NCBI GenBank assembly: GCA_046293845.1
Contig: JBKBIX010000003.1
Coordinates: 1 to 39,001 of the forward strand
Length of the DNA: 39,001 nt
Reading direction: 5' to 3'
Origin: Candidatus Bipolaricaulia bacterium
Lineage (GTDB): Bacteria; Bipolaricaulota; Bipolaricaulia; RBG-16-55-9; DRXL01
Made by a program: the position numbers and the translations under genes
Shown: positions 9,834-18,566 of the stretch, one piece after another
Numbering within the stretch: the first letter of the stretch is position 1
Layout of the letters: each line of letters begins with the position of its first letter
Notes under the pieces: generated by a model
Databases searched by the model: none
Seen by the model: the letters and a program-made list of their open reading frames with translations, nothing else
Told to the model about the DNA's origin: nothing

Positions 9834-10961
9834 ATGAAGAGAGTCATCGTTCTGGGCGCGGGCATGGTCGGGCGGGCTATCGCGCTCGATCTTGCCCAGC
9901 GATATGACGTCACAACAGTTGATAAAGACGCTCATCGGCTCGCTCAGCTCACAGAAGAAGCACCGATCCAAACAGTCACTGCTGATCTCTCTCACAGCGG
10001 GACGCTCAAAAAGCTCGTTACAGACTACGATCTTGTGATCGGCGCTGTCCCCGGATTCTTAGGCTTTCAGACGCTCAAGACCGTTATCGAGTGCGGGAAA
10101 GATATCGTAGATATCTCGTTCTTCGCTGAAGACCCGTTCCAGCTTGACGCGCTCGCCAAAGAGAAGCACGTCACAGCTGTAGTTGACTGCGGCGTCGCCC
10201 CCGGCATGTGCAATATTCTCTTGGGCTATCACAATGCGAGGATGACCGTTGAGAGTTATGAGTGCTTGGTAGGGGGGCTGCCGGTGAAGCGCAGCTGGCC
10301 CTATCAGTATAAAGCCCCGTTCTCGCCGATAGATGTCATCGAAGAGTACACGCGCCCGGCGCGCCTTGTCGTGGACGGAAAACTTGTCATCCGTGAGGCG
10401 CTCTCCGATCCAGAGTATATTGAATTTGACGAGATCGGCACACTCGAGGCGTTCAACACCGACGGGCTGCGCACGCTCTTGAAAACTATGAAGATCCCCA
10501 ACATGCGCGAGAAGACCTTGCGCTATCCAGGGCATATTGAGTATATGAAAGTGCTTCGAGAGACGGGTTTTTTCAGCAAAGAGCCTATCGAGATCCACGG
10601 TATCCAAATCAGACCCTTAGACGTGACAGCGAAGTTGCTCTTCCCCAAGTGGCGGCTTGAGCCTGACGAGCCAGAATTCACAATTATGAGAGTAACTATT
10701 GAGGGCATCGAGAACGGCCAGCGCAAAGAGTACGTCTATGAGCTTTTCGATCGCTTTGATTCCAAAACAAAAACATCTTCGATGGCGCGCACGACGGGCT
10801 ACACGTGCACGGCCGTAGCGACGCTCGTGCTCGAAGGGATTTTTAGTCAGAAGGGGATCATCCCGCCGGAGTATATCGGAACTGATGAACGATGCTTCCA
10901 CACTATAATGGAGTACCAGAGGAAAAGAAACATCAGCTATAAGCTAATACAAGGGGAGTAG
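9834..10961 (+). CDS. Saccharopine dehydrogenase / lysine 6-dehydrogenase family
   Basis: Rossmann GAGMVG, DCGVAPG, TDGLRTL, EKTLRYPGH, MARTTG. Confidence 0.88.
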   Translation: MKRVIVLGAGMVGRAIALDLAQRYDVTTVDKDAHRLAQLTEEAPIQTVTADLSHSGTLKKLVTDYDLVIGAVPGFLGFQTLKTVIECGKDIVDISFFAEDPFQLDALAKEKHVTAVVDCGVAPGMCNILLGYHNARMTVESYECLVGGLPVKRSWPYQYKAPFSPIDVIEEYTRPARLVVDGKLVIREALSDPEYIEFDEIGTLEAFNTDGLRTLLKTMKIPNMREKTLRYPGHIEYMKVLRETGFFSKEPIEIHGIQIRPLDVTAKLLFPKWRLEPDEPEFTIMRVTIEGIENGQRKEYVYELFDRFDSKTKTSSMARTTGYTCTAVATLVLEGIFSQKGIIPPEYIGTDERCFHTIMEYQRKRNISYKLIQGE

Positions 10962-10992
10962 CGGTATGGAGATGGCCTTATCTCTTGAGTAT

Positions 10993-11021
10993 TTGCATTG
11001 CTCCCCTGGTCATGCTACACT
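10993..11021 (+). promoter_or_regulatory. sigma70-type promoter for the DUF4258/DUF2283 pair
   Basis: TTGCAT-17-TACACT with extended TG. Confidence 0.5.
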
Positions 11022-11056
11022 GCATGAGATAGAACTAGCGGCAAATAGCAACGATC

Positions 11057-11287
11057 ATGGCGAAACGAGTGATCCGCTATGACCCCCATGCCCGAATGCG
11101 CATGCGACAGCGCGGTATCACCGAAGACATGGTGGAACAAGCACTTCGGCATCCAACTCTTGAACGGCCTGGGACAGCACCCGGAACGCTGGTGCGAGAG
11201 GCTGATATCAGCGGGAGACGACTTGCTGTGGCCTTTGAACCCCGCCAAAATGAGTTTTATGTGAGAACAGTTTACTGGAGGAGCTAA
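11057..11287 (+). CDS. DUF4258-family protein (putative toxin)
   Basis: HA..RM.QRGIT...V..AL..P and V.TVY motifs. Confidence 0.8.
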   Translation: MAKRVIRYDPHARMRMRQRGITEDMVEQALRHPTLERPGTAPGTLVREADISGRRLAVAFEPRQNEFYVRTVYWRS

Positions 11288-11290
11288 GCT

Positions 11291-11512
11291 ATGCAAGTCA
11301 CGTATTCAAAGCAAGCTGACGCCTTGTACATCCGCTTTGGCGAAGATGGAGAAGGGAAAGTAGCGCGCACCGAAGAGATTCAACCTGGCATCCTCTTCGA
11401 TTATGATCACGACGGTCGTCTCTATGGGATTGAGGTTCTCGATGTGTCATGCAGAGTACCCAGTGAAGCGCTCAAGGCTTTCCAGATCGGTGTACTGGAG
11501 CCGGCCCTGTGA
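11291..11512 (+). CDS. DUF2283-family protein (putative antitoxin); not fully described by longer shadow ORFs
   Basis: Y....DALYI.F, DYD.DG.L.GIEVL. Confidence 0.85.
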   Translation: MQVTYSKQADALYIRFGEDGEGKVARTEEIQPGILFDYDHDGRLYGIEVLDVSCRVPSEALKAFQIGVLEPAL

Positions 11513-11536
11513 GCCCAAGGCCTGTGAGGGCTGATA

Positions 11537-11950
11537 TTATTCCCGGCGCGGATACAACCCAAACAATCCGCTCGGCTCCCTCTTTCTCTCCATCACAATC
11601 CCAGAGAGCCTTCTGATATAGATCTCATTCGTCTCGTGCACCGTCGCCTTGGAGAGATGCCCACCAACTGTCGAGCCGTCTTCTAAACCCAAGACGGCAT
11701 GACAGTGTATATGAGATTTGCCCTGGCGTACCGAAAAATTCCCCTGAAGCGACAGGAGCTCCGCTGGCCCTGAGACTTCGTGCTCTTTGTACTCTCTCCC
11801 CGTCCAAAACGCAAGCGTCACATCGCGCAGCATCCCGATCCCGCAGACTATAGCCCCCGCGGTGAGATTGAGCGAGCCCAAAGACTCAAAAAGATCCTCC
11901 CCAGGCTGTAACCGAACTATAATATCTTGCCCAGATTCGACGACGAACAT
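11537..11950 (-). CDS. PPC/DUF296 domain protein
   Basis: RL.PGEDL, GIG.L, ELLSLQGN, HIHCH, GGHL. Confidence 0.9.
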   Translation of the reverse strand: MFVVESGQDIIVRLQPGEDLFESLGSLNLTAGAIVCGIGMLRDVTLAFWTGREYKEHEVSGPAELLSLQGNFSVRQGKSHIHCHAVLGLEDGSTVGGHLSKATVHETNEIYIRRLSGIVMERKREPSGLFGLYPRRE

Positions 11951-11952
11951 AG

Positions 11953-12657
11953 CTACTTGGCGCTCCAGAAGTACCCATTCATAAAGCCAATTCTCGTCAG
12001 AGGCCAGACTCTCAAGAACGGCTCGCCGATAAAGTCTTTCTCTGGGAACGGCCCCCAGTAGCGACTATCGTAGCTATTATGGGTGTTGTCGCCAAGCACG
12101 AAATAGAACCCTTCAGGGACATCCCAGCTCTCCTGCCCTGCCGAGGAGTAGCAGTCGCGGCGGGGGTCGGGATGGCCCGGATGGTTGAATTCATCAGTTA
12201 TTAAGGGCTGTCCATTCACGTAGGCAATACAGTCCTTGATCTGCACCGTCGCCGGCCCGATAGCGATCAGTCTCTTTACTAAACGGTCGCACCTGCCCGC
12301 ATCGCACCGCCAGAAGACGATAATATCACCGGGCTTGGGCTTGCGAAAGTGATACGTCAGCATATCGACAAAGAAGCTGTCGCCGGGCATGATCGTCGGC
12401 TCCATCGAGCCGGTGGGCACAAAGACGCGCGCCACGGCGTAATTCACCGTGATAAGCGTGATGAGCACGGCGACCCCTATGACGCCGACCCAGTCGAGCA
12501 CCCAGTCTACTGCTGGGGTCGTGGGCACGCCCAGGGCATTGAGCAGCCGCGAGAGCCAGGGCTTGCGCGGCTGCGGGTCTTCTGTCACATCTATAGTCTC
12601 CGCATTGGGCGAAGGCGTGTTAGTCGCCTCGTGATCTTCTTTTTGGGGATCGAACAT
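11953..12657 (-). CDS. lepB: Signal peptidase I
   Basis: TM segment, GSMEPT (Ser), VKRLI (Lys), GDN..NS.DSRYWG. Confidence 0.93.
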   Translation of the reverse strand: MFDPQKEDHEATNTPSPNAETIDVTEDPQPRKPWLSRLLNALGVPTTPAVDWVLDWVGVIGVAVLITLITVNYAVARVFVPTGSMEPTIMPGDSFFVDMLTYHFRKPKPGDIIVFWRCDAGRCDRLVKRLIAIGPATVQIKDCIAYVNGQPLITDEFNHPGHPDPRRDCYSSAGQESWDVPEGFYFVLGDNTHNSYDSRYWGPFPEKDFIGEPFLRVWPLTRIGFMNGYFWSAK

Positions 12658-12661
12658 AGCT

Positions 12662-13774
12662 TTAGGATAGCAAGCTTGAAGGCGCTCTGCAAGCGCGAGC
12701 GCGCACCAGACTGATATGGCGATAGAGAAACGCTGCGAACGAGAGCGCCGCTCCTGTATAGATCAGCGCATAATAGCCGCCGATGGGCACAATCGCAGCT
12801 CCCAACGCCGGCCCGATCACCATCGAGATATTGAGCACCGAGGTGAAGATCGCCGAGGCAGTGCTGGGATTGGGGTTTCCCTCCGTCGTCGCCCTGAGGC
12901 CCCCAACATAGAGAGTCGCCCACGAGATGCCCAAGAGTATCTGCGTGGGCAGAATCCACCAGAAATTGGGGGCGAGCGCAAATGTCAAAAACGTTACGCT
13001 CGATAGGAACAACCCCGTGCGCAGCAGCCCCGTGCTCCACGCTCGATCCGTCAAGAAATACATGACGAAAAACTGCGTCCCGCTGTTGATCGCTGAAATC
13101 ACTCCGATCCAAAAGTAATCAGCTCCGAGCTTCTGCAGAAAGAGCGGCCAGAAGGCCCAGATCATATGAGCCCCGATATGCCGTATCAGCACAGATAGAA
13201 ACGTCGAGTGATGGCGTAGGAAGACCGCCCATAGCGACGCGGGCTTTGCGCCATTGGGATCGGGCGGACGCACGCCAAACCGCACCGCCAACAGATACGC
13301 GATGAAAAATAACAAAGACGCGGCGACGAACGTCCCGCGAATCGTGAAATACGTCGCGATCGTCCCCGACAGCAGCGACCCTGCCGTCCAGCCCAGCGAC
13401 CCAAACGCCGAGAAGCGTCCTAAACGCTCTTTCGACGCTTGGACGTGCGAGATGAGCGCTGCCGGGTAGACTCCCAATGCTAAGCCGTTGAACACGCGAA
13501 AGAGTACAAGAGAACTAAAATCGAACGCGAAGATCTGCAAGAGAGTCGAGATTGCAGAAGCGAGCAGCCCAAAGAGAATAAAGACGCGCGTCCCGTAGCG
13601 ATCCGCCGCGTGCCCGCAGATCAAATTAGTGACGACGACGGCCAAGCTCGCGATTGCCGCCAACAGCCCAACCCCGACGTCATCAGCGCCAAGCTGATGC
13701 GCATAGAGGGGGATAAACGTCCCAGCGATCGTCGTTGCTGTTGTCGCGAGAAAATTAGCAAGGCGGACCCTCAT
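12662..13774 (-). CDS. MFS transporter
   Basis: About 12 hydrophobic segments and motif A G..ADRYG.R; start revised to the ATG at 13774. Confidence 0.88.
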   Translation of the reverse strand: MRVRLANFLATTATTIAGTFIPLYAHQLGADDVGVGLLAAIASLAVVVTNLICGHAADRYGTRVFILFGLLASAISTLLQIFAFDFSSLVLFRVFNGLALGVYPAALISHVQASKERLGRFSAFGSLGWTAGSLLSGTIATYFTIRGTFVAASLLFFIAYLLAVRFGVRPPDPNGAKPASLWAVFLRHHSTFLSVLIRHIGAHMIWAFWPLFLQKLGADYFWIGVISAINSGTQFFVMYFLTDRAWSTGLLRTGLFLSSVTFLTFALAPNFWWILPTQILLGISWATLYVGGLRATTEGNPNPSTASAIFTSVLNISMVIGPALGAAIVPIGGYYALIYTGAALSFAAFLYRHISLVRARACRAPSSLLS

Positions 13775-13854
13775 AGGCGCCCCGCCCTCAGCACACTCAT
13801 AAGAGACAGAATCACCAAAGAAGATTATGCCGCAAGATTGGGATAGCGTGCAAC

Positions 13855-13883
13855 TTGGCAACGCCAGGCCATCTGATTATAAT
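13855..13883 (+). promoter_or_regulatory. sigma70-type promoter for the ABC operon
   Basis: TTGGCA-17-TATAAT. Confidence 0.6.
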
Positions 13884-13967
13884 TATCTCACCGAAGGAGG
13901 TGAGAACTGCTTCATACTCTCCAGCTCACTGCTTATTTTAAATCTCAAACCCAAAGGAGGGGTTCAC

Positions 13968-15005
13968 ATGCGCAAAAAGATTCTCGCTCTCGGCTTAGTG
14001 ATCCTGTTGGTGTTGCCGTTGCTCTCCAGTGGCCAGGGGCAACCGGCGACCACATTGGGGAAGGTGCTTGCTCGCGGCAAGCTCATCTGTGGCGTCAACA
14101 ATGCCGTGCCGGGCTTCGGCTTCGTCGACCCCCAGGGAAACTATAGCGGCTTCGACGTAGATTACTGCAAAGCCCTCGCCGTGGCGATCTTCAATGATCC
14201 CAATAAAGTCGAATACCGTCCGGTGACGGCAGCGTCGCGGTTCCCCGCGCTGCAATCGGGCGAGATCGACGTGCTCATCCGCAATACGACGTGGACGTTC
14301 GACCGCGACGTAGGGCTGCCCTTCCATTTCGCGCCGACAACGTTCTATGATGGCCAGGGCTTCATGGTCCGCAAGACGTCGCGCATTAACACCCTCAGAG
14401 ACCTCAATGGCGCGACGGTCTGCGTGTTGCAGGGTACGACGACCGAGCAGAACCTCGCCGACATGGCGCGGCGCTTAGGGATCACGATCAAGCCCTTGGT
14501 CTTCAGCGACGTCAACGCGCGCGACAAAGCGTACGATGAGGGGCGCTGCGATGCCATGACCGCAGACGCCTCAGGCCTGGCCGCAGCCCGTATCAAGCTC
14601 TCCAAGCCCGATGACCATAAGATCCTCCCAGAGCTGATCTCCAAGGAGCCGCTTGGCCCGGTCGTGCGCCACGGCGACGACCAATGGTTCGATATCGTCA
14701 AGTGGACGGCCTTCTGCACTATGGAGGCCGAGGAGCTGGAAGTCACCTCCAAGAACGTTGCCCAACTCAAGACAAGTCAAGACCCGAGAATCCGACGGCT
14801 CTTGGGTCTGGAGGGCGACTTCGGCAAGAAGCTCGGGCTCGATAACGCCTGGTGTGCCAACGTCATCGAAAAAGTTGGCAACTACGGGGAGATCTATGAC
14901 CGCAACGTCAAGCCGCTGGGCCTGGAGCGCATCGCTGACGGCAAACCCTCGCCCAACGCCTTGTGGACTGACGGTGGCTTGATCTACTCGCCGCCGTTCC
15001 GGTAA
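13968..15005 (+). CDS. aapJ: General L-amino-acid ABC transporter substrate-binding protein (AapJ/BztA)
   Basis: RNTTWT..RD, FYDGQG, ISKEPLGP, GNYGE, GGL.Y.PPFR; SD AAGGAGG; start revised to 13968. Confidence 0.9.
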   Translation: MRKKILALGLVILLVLPLLSSGQGQPATTLGKVLARGKLICGVNNAVPGFGFVDPQGNYSGFDVDYCKALAVAIFNDPNKVEYRPVTAASRFPALQSGEIDVLIRNTTWTFDRDVGLPFHFAPTTFYDGQGFMVRKTSRINTLRDLNGATVCVLQGTTTEQNLADMARRLGITIKPLVFSDVNARDKAYDEGRCDAMTADASGLAAARIKLSKPDDHKILPELISKEPLGPVVRHGDDQWFDIVKWTAFCTMEAEELEVTSKNVAQLKTSQDPRIRRLLGLEGDFGKKLGLDNAWCANVIEKVGNYGEIYDRNVKPLGLERIADGKPSPNALWTDGGLIYSPPFR

Positions 15006-15016
15006 AAGACTCTCGT

Positions 15017-15074
15017 GCCTTCACCCTCACAACTCCCCTCTCCCCTTGCGGGAGAGGGGTTGGGGGTGAGGGGC
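15017..15074. repeat. BoxC/REP-like palindromic element, copy 2
   Basis: cccctctccc-cttgc-gggagagggg core followed by gggggtgaggggc. Confidence 0.8.
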
Positions 15075-16262
15075 ATGACGACCCCTATGGGCACTGCCCC
15101 AGCTCGCACCCCATTCTGGTTCTGGCGAGACATCCGCGTCCTGCGCGTGAGCGCACAGCTGCTCTTCGTCCTCGTCATCGCACTGATAGCCAATTGGTTC
15201 TACACGAACTTGCAGATCAACCTGGAGCGCACGGGGATTCGCTTCGGGTTTGATTTCCTCTGGACGACCGCGGGCTTTGGCATCTCCGAAGGGATGCCCT
15301 TCGAGCCGACCGACAGCTACGGCAGAGCGTTCTGGGTTGGTGTCGTCAATACCCTGCGGGTGATCGGGATCGGCATTATTCTAGCGACACTTTTAGGGCT
15401 TGTCGCGGGGATTGCGCGACTGTCGAGCAACTGGCTGGTGCGCCAGATCGCTACTGTCTACATTGAGACGATCCGCAACACGCCCCTGGTCGTGCAGCTC
15501 TTTTTCTGGTACACCGCGATCTTTCTCAAGCTTCCCAAAGTAGACGAGAGCATCGTGCTGCCAGGGCCGATCTATCTCAGTCAGCGGGGCTTGGCCCTCC
15601 CCAAGCCCTACCCTAGCGAATCATTCCCCTTGTGGAGCTACGTGCTCGTGGCGAGCTTGCTCGCTGCTCTTATCGTATATATAGGGCGACGCATCTATCT
15701 TGCGCGTGCGCAGCGGCCGGGGTTTGCGGGGCTGTGGGCTGGGGGGGTCTTCGTGTTCATTGCTTTTGGAAGTTGGCTCGTGCTCCCTCGCGCGCCCATC
15801 GCGTGGGAGATGCCGACGTTGGGGCGATTCAACTTTGAGGGGGGCTGGCAGCTCAGCCCGGAATTTGCCGCGCTGCTTGCGGGGCTGGTCGTCTACACCG
15901 GCGCGTTCATCGCCGAGATCGTGCGCGCTGGGATCTTAGCCGTTCCTAAGGGGCAGACCGAGGCCGCGCGCGCCCTGGGGCTGCGCCCCATCTATGTACT
16001 GCGCCTGGTCGTCATCCCCCAGGCCATGCGCGTCATCGTCCCACCGCTTACGAGTCAATATCTCAACCTTGCGAAGAACTCGAGCCTGGCGGTCGCCATC
16101 GGCTACCCTGATCTGTTTAACGTCGCCAACACGATCATTAACCAGAGCGGGCGTGCCATCGAGATGGTCTTCTTGATCATGGCCAGCTACTTAACGATGA
16201 GCTTGCTCACTTCGGCGTTCATGAACTGGTACAACCGTCGCGTGAAACTCATAGAGCGCTAA
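15075..16262 (+). CDS. aapQ: Amino-acid ABC permease (AapQ/BztB)
   Basis: RLSSNWL, RNTPL, EAA motif, LNLAKNSSLA..IGYPD; start revised to 15075. Confidence 0.9.
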   Translation: MTTPMGTAPARTPFWFWRDIRVLRVSAQLLFVLVIALIANWFYTNLQINLERTGIRFGFDFLWTTAGFGISEGMPFEPTDSYGRAFWVGVVNTLRVIGIGIILATLLGLVAGIARLSSNWLVRQIATVYIETIRNTPLVVQLFFWYTAIFLKLPKVDESIVLPGPIYLSQRGLALPKPYPSESFPLWSYVLVASLLAALIVYIGRRIYLARAQRPGFAGLWAGGVFVFIAFGSWLVLPRAPIAWEMPTLGRFNFEGGWQLSPEFAALLAGLVVYTGAFIAEIVRAGILAVPKGQTEAARALGLRPIYVLRLVVIPQAMRVIVPPLTSQYLNLAKNSSLAVAIGYPDLFNVANTIINQSGRAIEMVFLIMASYLTMSLLTSAFMNWYNRRVKLIER

Positions 16263-16266
16263 GACT

Positions 16267-17496
16267 ATGATGGTGCTCCGTCTGCTCCGATGGCTGCGAG
16301 AGAATCTCTTCAGCACGTGGTACAACACGCTGCTGACGGTGCTGTCGGTGTGGGTCTTATGGGTGGTGCTGAGCGGGCTGTTTCAGTGGGCCGTGAGGGA
16401 TGCCGTCTGGTCTGGCGGGGCGGAGGCGTGCCAGCAAGCGCGACAGCTCGCGCAAGCCGAAGGCCGTCCCTGGGGAGCGTGTTGGACGGTTATTCCCGAA
16501 AACTTAAAGCTCTTTCTGACGGGCACGTATCCTGCGGGGGAGCTGTGGCGCATCTGGGTATGTGTATATATAGGCGCTTCTGTGCTGGGGGTGAGCGCTG
16601 GGGTGTGGCGCGGGCTGGTGCGTGACGCCGCGATTGCCCTTGGAGCTGCTGCCATAGTATTACTCTTATTGCCGTTTAGCTGGGCGGAGCGTCTGTGGAT
16701 TGGCGGCATAGCTTGTGCGCTCTGGGTGCCCATGGGGGTAGGCTGGTTTGCTCGCCCGCGCATCCCACCATGGGCTCTTATCGGGGGTTGGCTCGCACTC
16801 CCTGCGCTCGCCGTCTGGCTGATCGGCGGGGGAGGCCCACTGCCAAAAGTCGAGACCATTCACTGGGGCGGCTTGATGCTCACGTTCTTGTTAGCGGTCG
16901 TGGGCATCGTCGCATCGTTCCCGCTAGGGGTATTGTTGGCGCTAGGGCGCCAGAGCTCATTGCCCCTCGTGCGCTGGTTCAGTATTCTCTATATTGAGAT
17001 CGTGCGCGGTGTGCCGCTGATCACCCTGATCTTTATGGCCAGTTTAATGTTGCCGCTCTTTCTACCGGGCAATATCCGCATAGATCAGGCCCTGCGAGCT
17101 ATGACGGCGTTCACGCTCTTTACGGCCGCGTACATTGCTGAGAACGTGCGTGGAGGGTTGCAGGCTATCCCGCGCGGCCAGATCGAAGCTGCCCAAGCCC
17201 TGGGCCTCAGCGCTTGGCTGACAACGTTCTTTATCATCCTGCCCCAGGCGCTGCGCGCGGTCATCCCTGCCAATGTAGGGCAGTTCATTAGTCTCTTCAA
17301 GGACACTTCTTTAGTCTTCGTGGCCGCGCTGCTCGATCTGTTCAATATGGGGCGCAGTATCTTAGCCAACCCCCAATGGCTCGGCTCCGACCGCGAGGTC
17401 TTACTCTTTGTCGCTTTCGTCTACTGGGTCTTCACGTACACGATGGCACATCTGAGCCGAAGGCTCGAGAGAATCTTAGGCGTAGGAGAGCGATGA
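16267..17496 (+). CDS. aapM: Amino-acid ABC permease (AapM/BztC)
   Basis: [34 protein letters not shown]. Confidence 0.9.
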   Translation: MMVLRLLRWLRENLFSTWYNTLLTVLSVWVLWVVLSGLFQWAVRDAVWSGGAEACQQARQLAQAEGRPWGACWTVIPENLKLFLTGTYPAGELWRIWVCVYIGASVLGVSAGVWRGLVRDAAIALGAAAIVLLLLPFSWAERLWIGGIACALWVPMGVGWFARPRIPPWALIGGWLALPALAVWLIGGGGPLPKVETIHWGGLMLTFLLAVVGIVASFPLGVLLALGRQSSLPLVRWFSILYIEIVRGVPLITLIFMASLMLPLFLPGNIRIDQALRAMTAFTLFTAAYIAENVRGGLQAIPRGQIEAAQALGLSAWLTTFFIILPQALRAVIPANVGQFISLFKDTSLVFVAALLDLFNMGRSILANPQWLGSDREVLLFVAFVYWVFTYTMAHLSRRLERILGVGER

Positions 17497-18239
17497 TGAC
17501 CTCCGAAGAGATTATTATCTGTCGAGACGTGCACAAGTGGTTCGGGGATTTTCACGTGCTCCGCGGCGTGACGACGACGGTGCGCAAGGGCGAGGTTGTC
17601 GTCATCTGTGGGCCTTCGGGGTCTGGGAAGTCTACGTTCATTCGGACGCTCAACCGTCTGGAGGAGCATCAGCGCGGGCAGATCGTCATTGACGGGATCG
17701 AGCTCACGCATGACATCAAAAACATCGAGGCGATCCGGCGCGAGATCGGCATGGTCTTTCAGTCGTTCAATCTCTTTCCCCACCTGACGGTGTTGCAGAA
17801 CGTGACGCTCGCGCCGATCTGGGTGCGCAAGATGAAGCGCTCAGAAGCTGAAGAGCTGGCGATGCAGCTGCTGGCGCGCGTGGGGATTGCCGAGCAGGCG
17901 CACAAATACCCGGCGCAGCTTTCTGGGGGGCAGCAGCAACGGGTTGCCATTGCGCGGGCGCTCGCGATGCAGCCCAAGATTATGCTCTTTGACGAGCCGA
18001 CCAGCGCCCTCGACCCGGAGATGATCAAAGAAGTCTTGGACGTGATGCGCGAGTTAGCGCGCTCGGGGATGACGATGCTCGTGATCACGCACGAGATGGG
18101 GTTTGCTCGCGAAGTTGCCGATCGCATTATCTTTTTCGACCAGGGGCAGATCGTCGAAGAGAACACTCCCGAAGAGTTCTTCAGAAATCCCCGGCACGAG
18201 CGCACCAAGCTCTTCTTGTCGCAGATTCTCCATCATTAG
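17493..18239 (+). CDS. aapP: Amino-acid ABC ATP-binding protein (AapP/BztD)
   Basis: [25 protein letters not shown]; start revised to 17493/17496. Confidence 0.93.
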   Translation: MMTSEEIIICRDVHKWFGDFHVLRGVTTTVRKGEVVVICGPSGSGKSTFIRTLNRLEEHQRGQIVIDGIELTHDIKNIEAIRREIGMVFQSFNLFPHLTVLQNVTLAPIWVRKMKRSEAEELAMQLLARVGIAEQAHKYPAQLSGGQQQRVAIARALAMQPKIMLFDEPTSALDPEMIKEVLDVMRELARSGMTMLVITHEMGFAREVADRIIFFDQGQIVEENTPEEFFRNPRHERTKLFLSQILHH

Positions 18240-18285
18240 GCGCTTGCAGCGCATAGAGACGGCGAGGCTATGTGACCAGCTTCTT

Positions 18286-18313
18286 TTGACAATCTCCGTT
18301 TATTCGGTAAAAT
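18286..18313 (+). promoter_or_regulatory. sigma70-type promoter for infA
   Basis: TTGACA-16-TAAAAT. Confidence 0.65.
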
Positions 18314-18346
18314 GATTACAGCCGACTTCAATGAGGAGGAAGCATC

Positions 18347-18565
18347 ATAGCTCGCGAAGATAATCTCGTCCGACGCGACGGTATCGTCACCGCTGCCCCT
18401 AACCATGAACTGTACAAGATAGACCTGGGCGACGGCCACGAGATCATGGCCTACTGCTCCGGCCGCATGCGTCGCTATCGTATTCGTATTCTCGTAGGCG
18501 ACCGCGTCTCAGTAGAGTTCTCGCCCTATGACGTAAAGCAAGGGCGCATCGTCTATCGCTACTAA
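18347..18565 (+). CDS. infA: Translation initiation factor IF-1 (72 aa, ATA start; missing from the ORF track)
   Basis: Manual translation (M)AREDNLVRRDGIVTAAPNHELYKIDLGDGHEIMAYCSGRMRRYRIRILVGDRVSVEFSPYDVKQGRIVYRY; SD GAGGAGG at 18333-18339. Confidence 0.93.
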   Translation: MAREDNLVRRDGIVTAAPNHELYKIDLGDGHEIMAYCSGRMRRYRIRILVGDRVSVEFSPYDVKQGRIVYRY

Positions 18566-18566
18566 A

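Noticed and set aside
13827-13967. N-terminal extensions given by the ORF track (aapJ; likewise MFS, aapQ, aapP, PorV-like, PKD and protease genes)
   Set aside because: Downstream ATGs fit SD position, signal peptides and family N-termini better.
18312-18363. Short out-of-frame ATG ORFs overlapping the infA start (MITADFNEEEAS, MRRKHHSSRR)
   Set aside because: The first begins inside the -10 box and neither has an SD. They are not excluded as regulators, but there is no support.
18236-18439. 67-aa minus-strand ORF in the track
   Set aside because: Antisense shadow of infA and its promoter.
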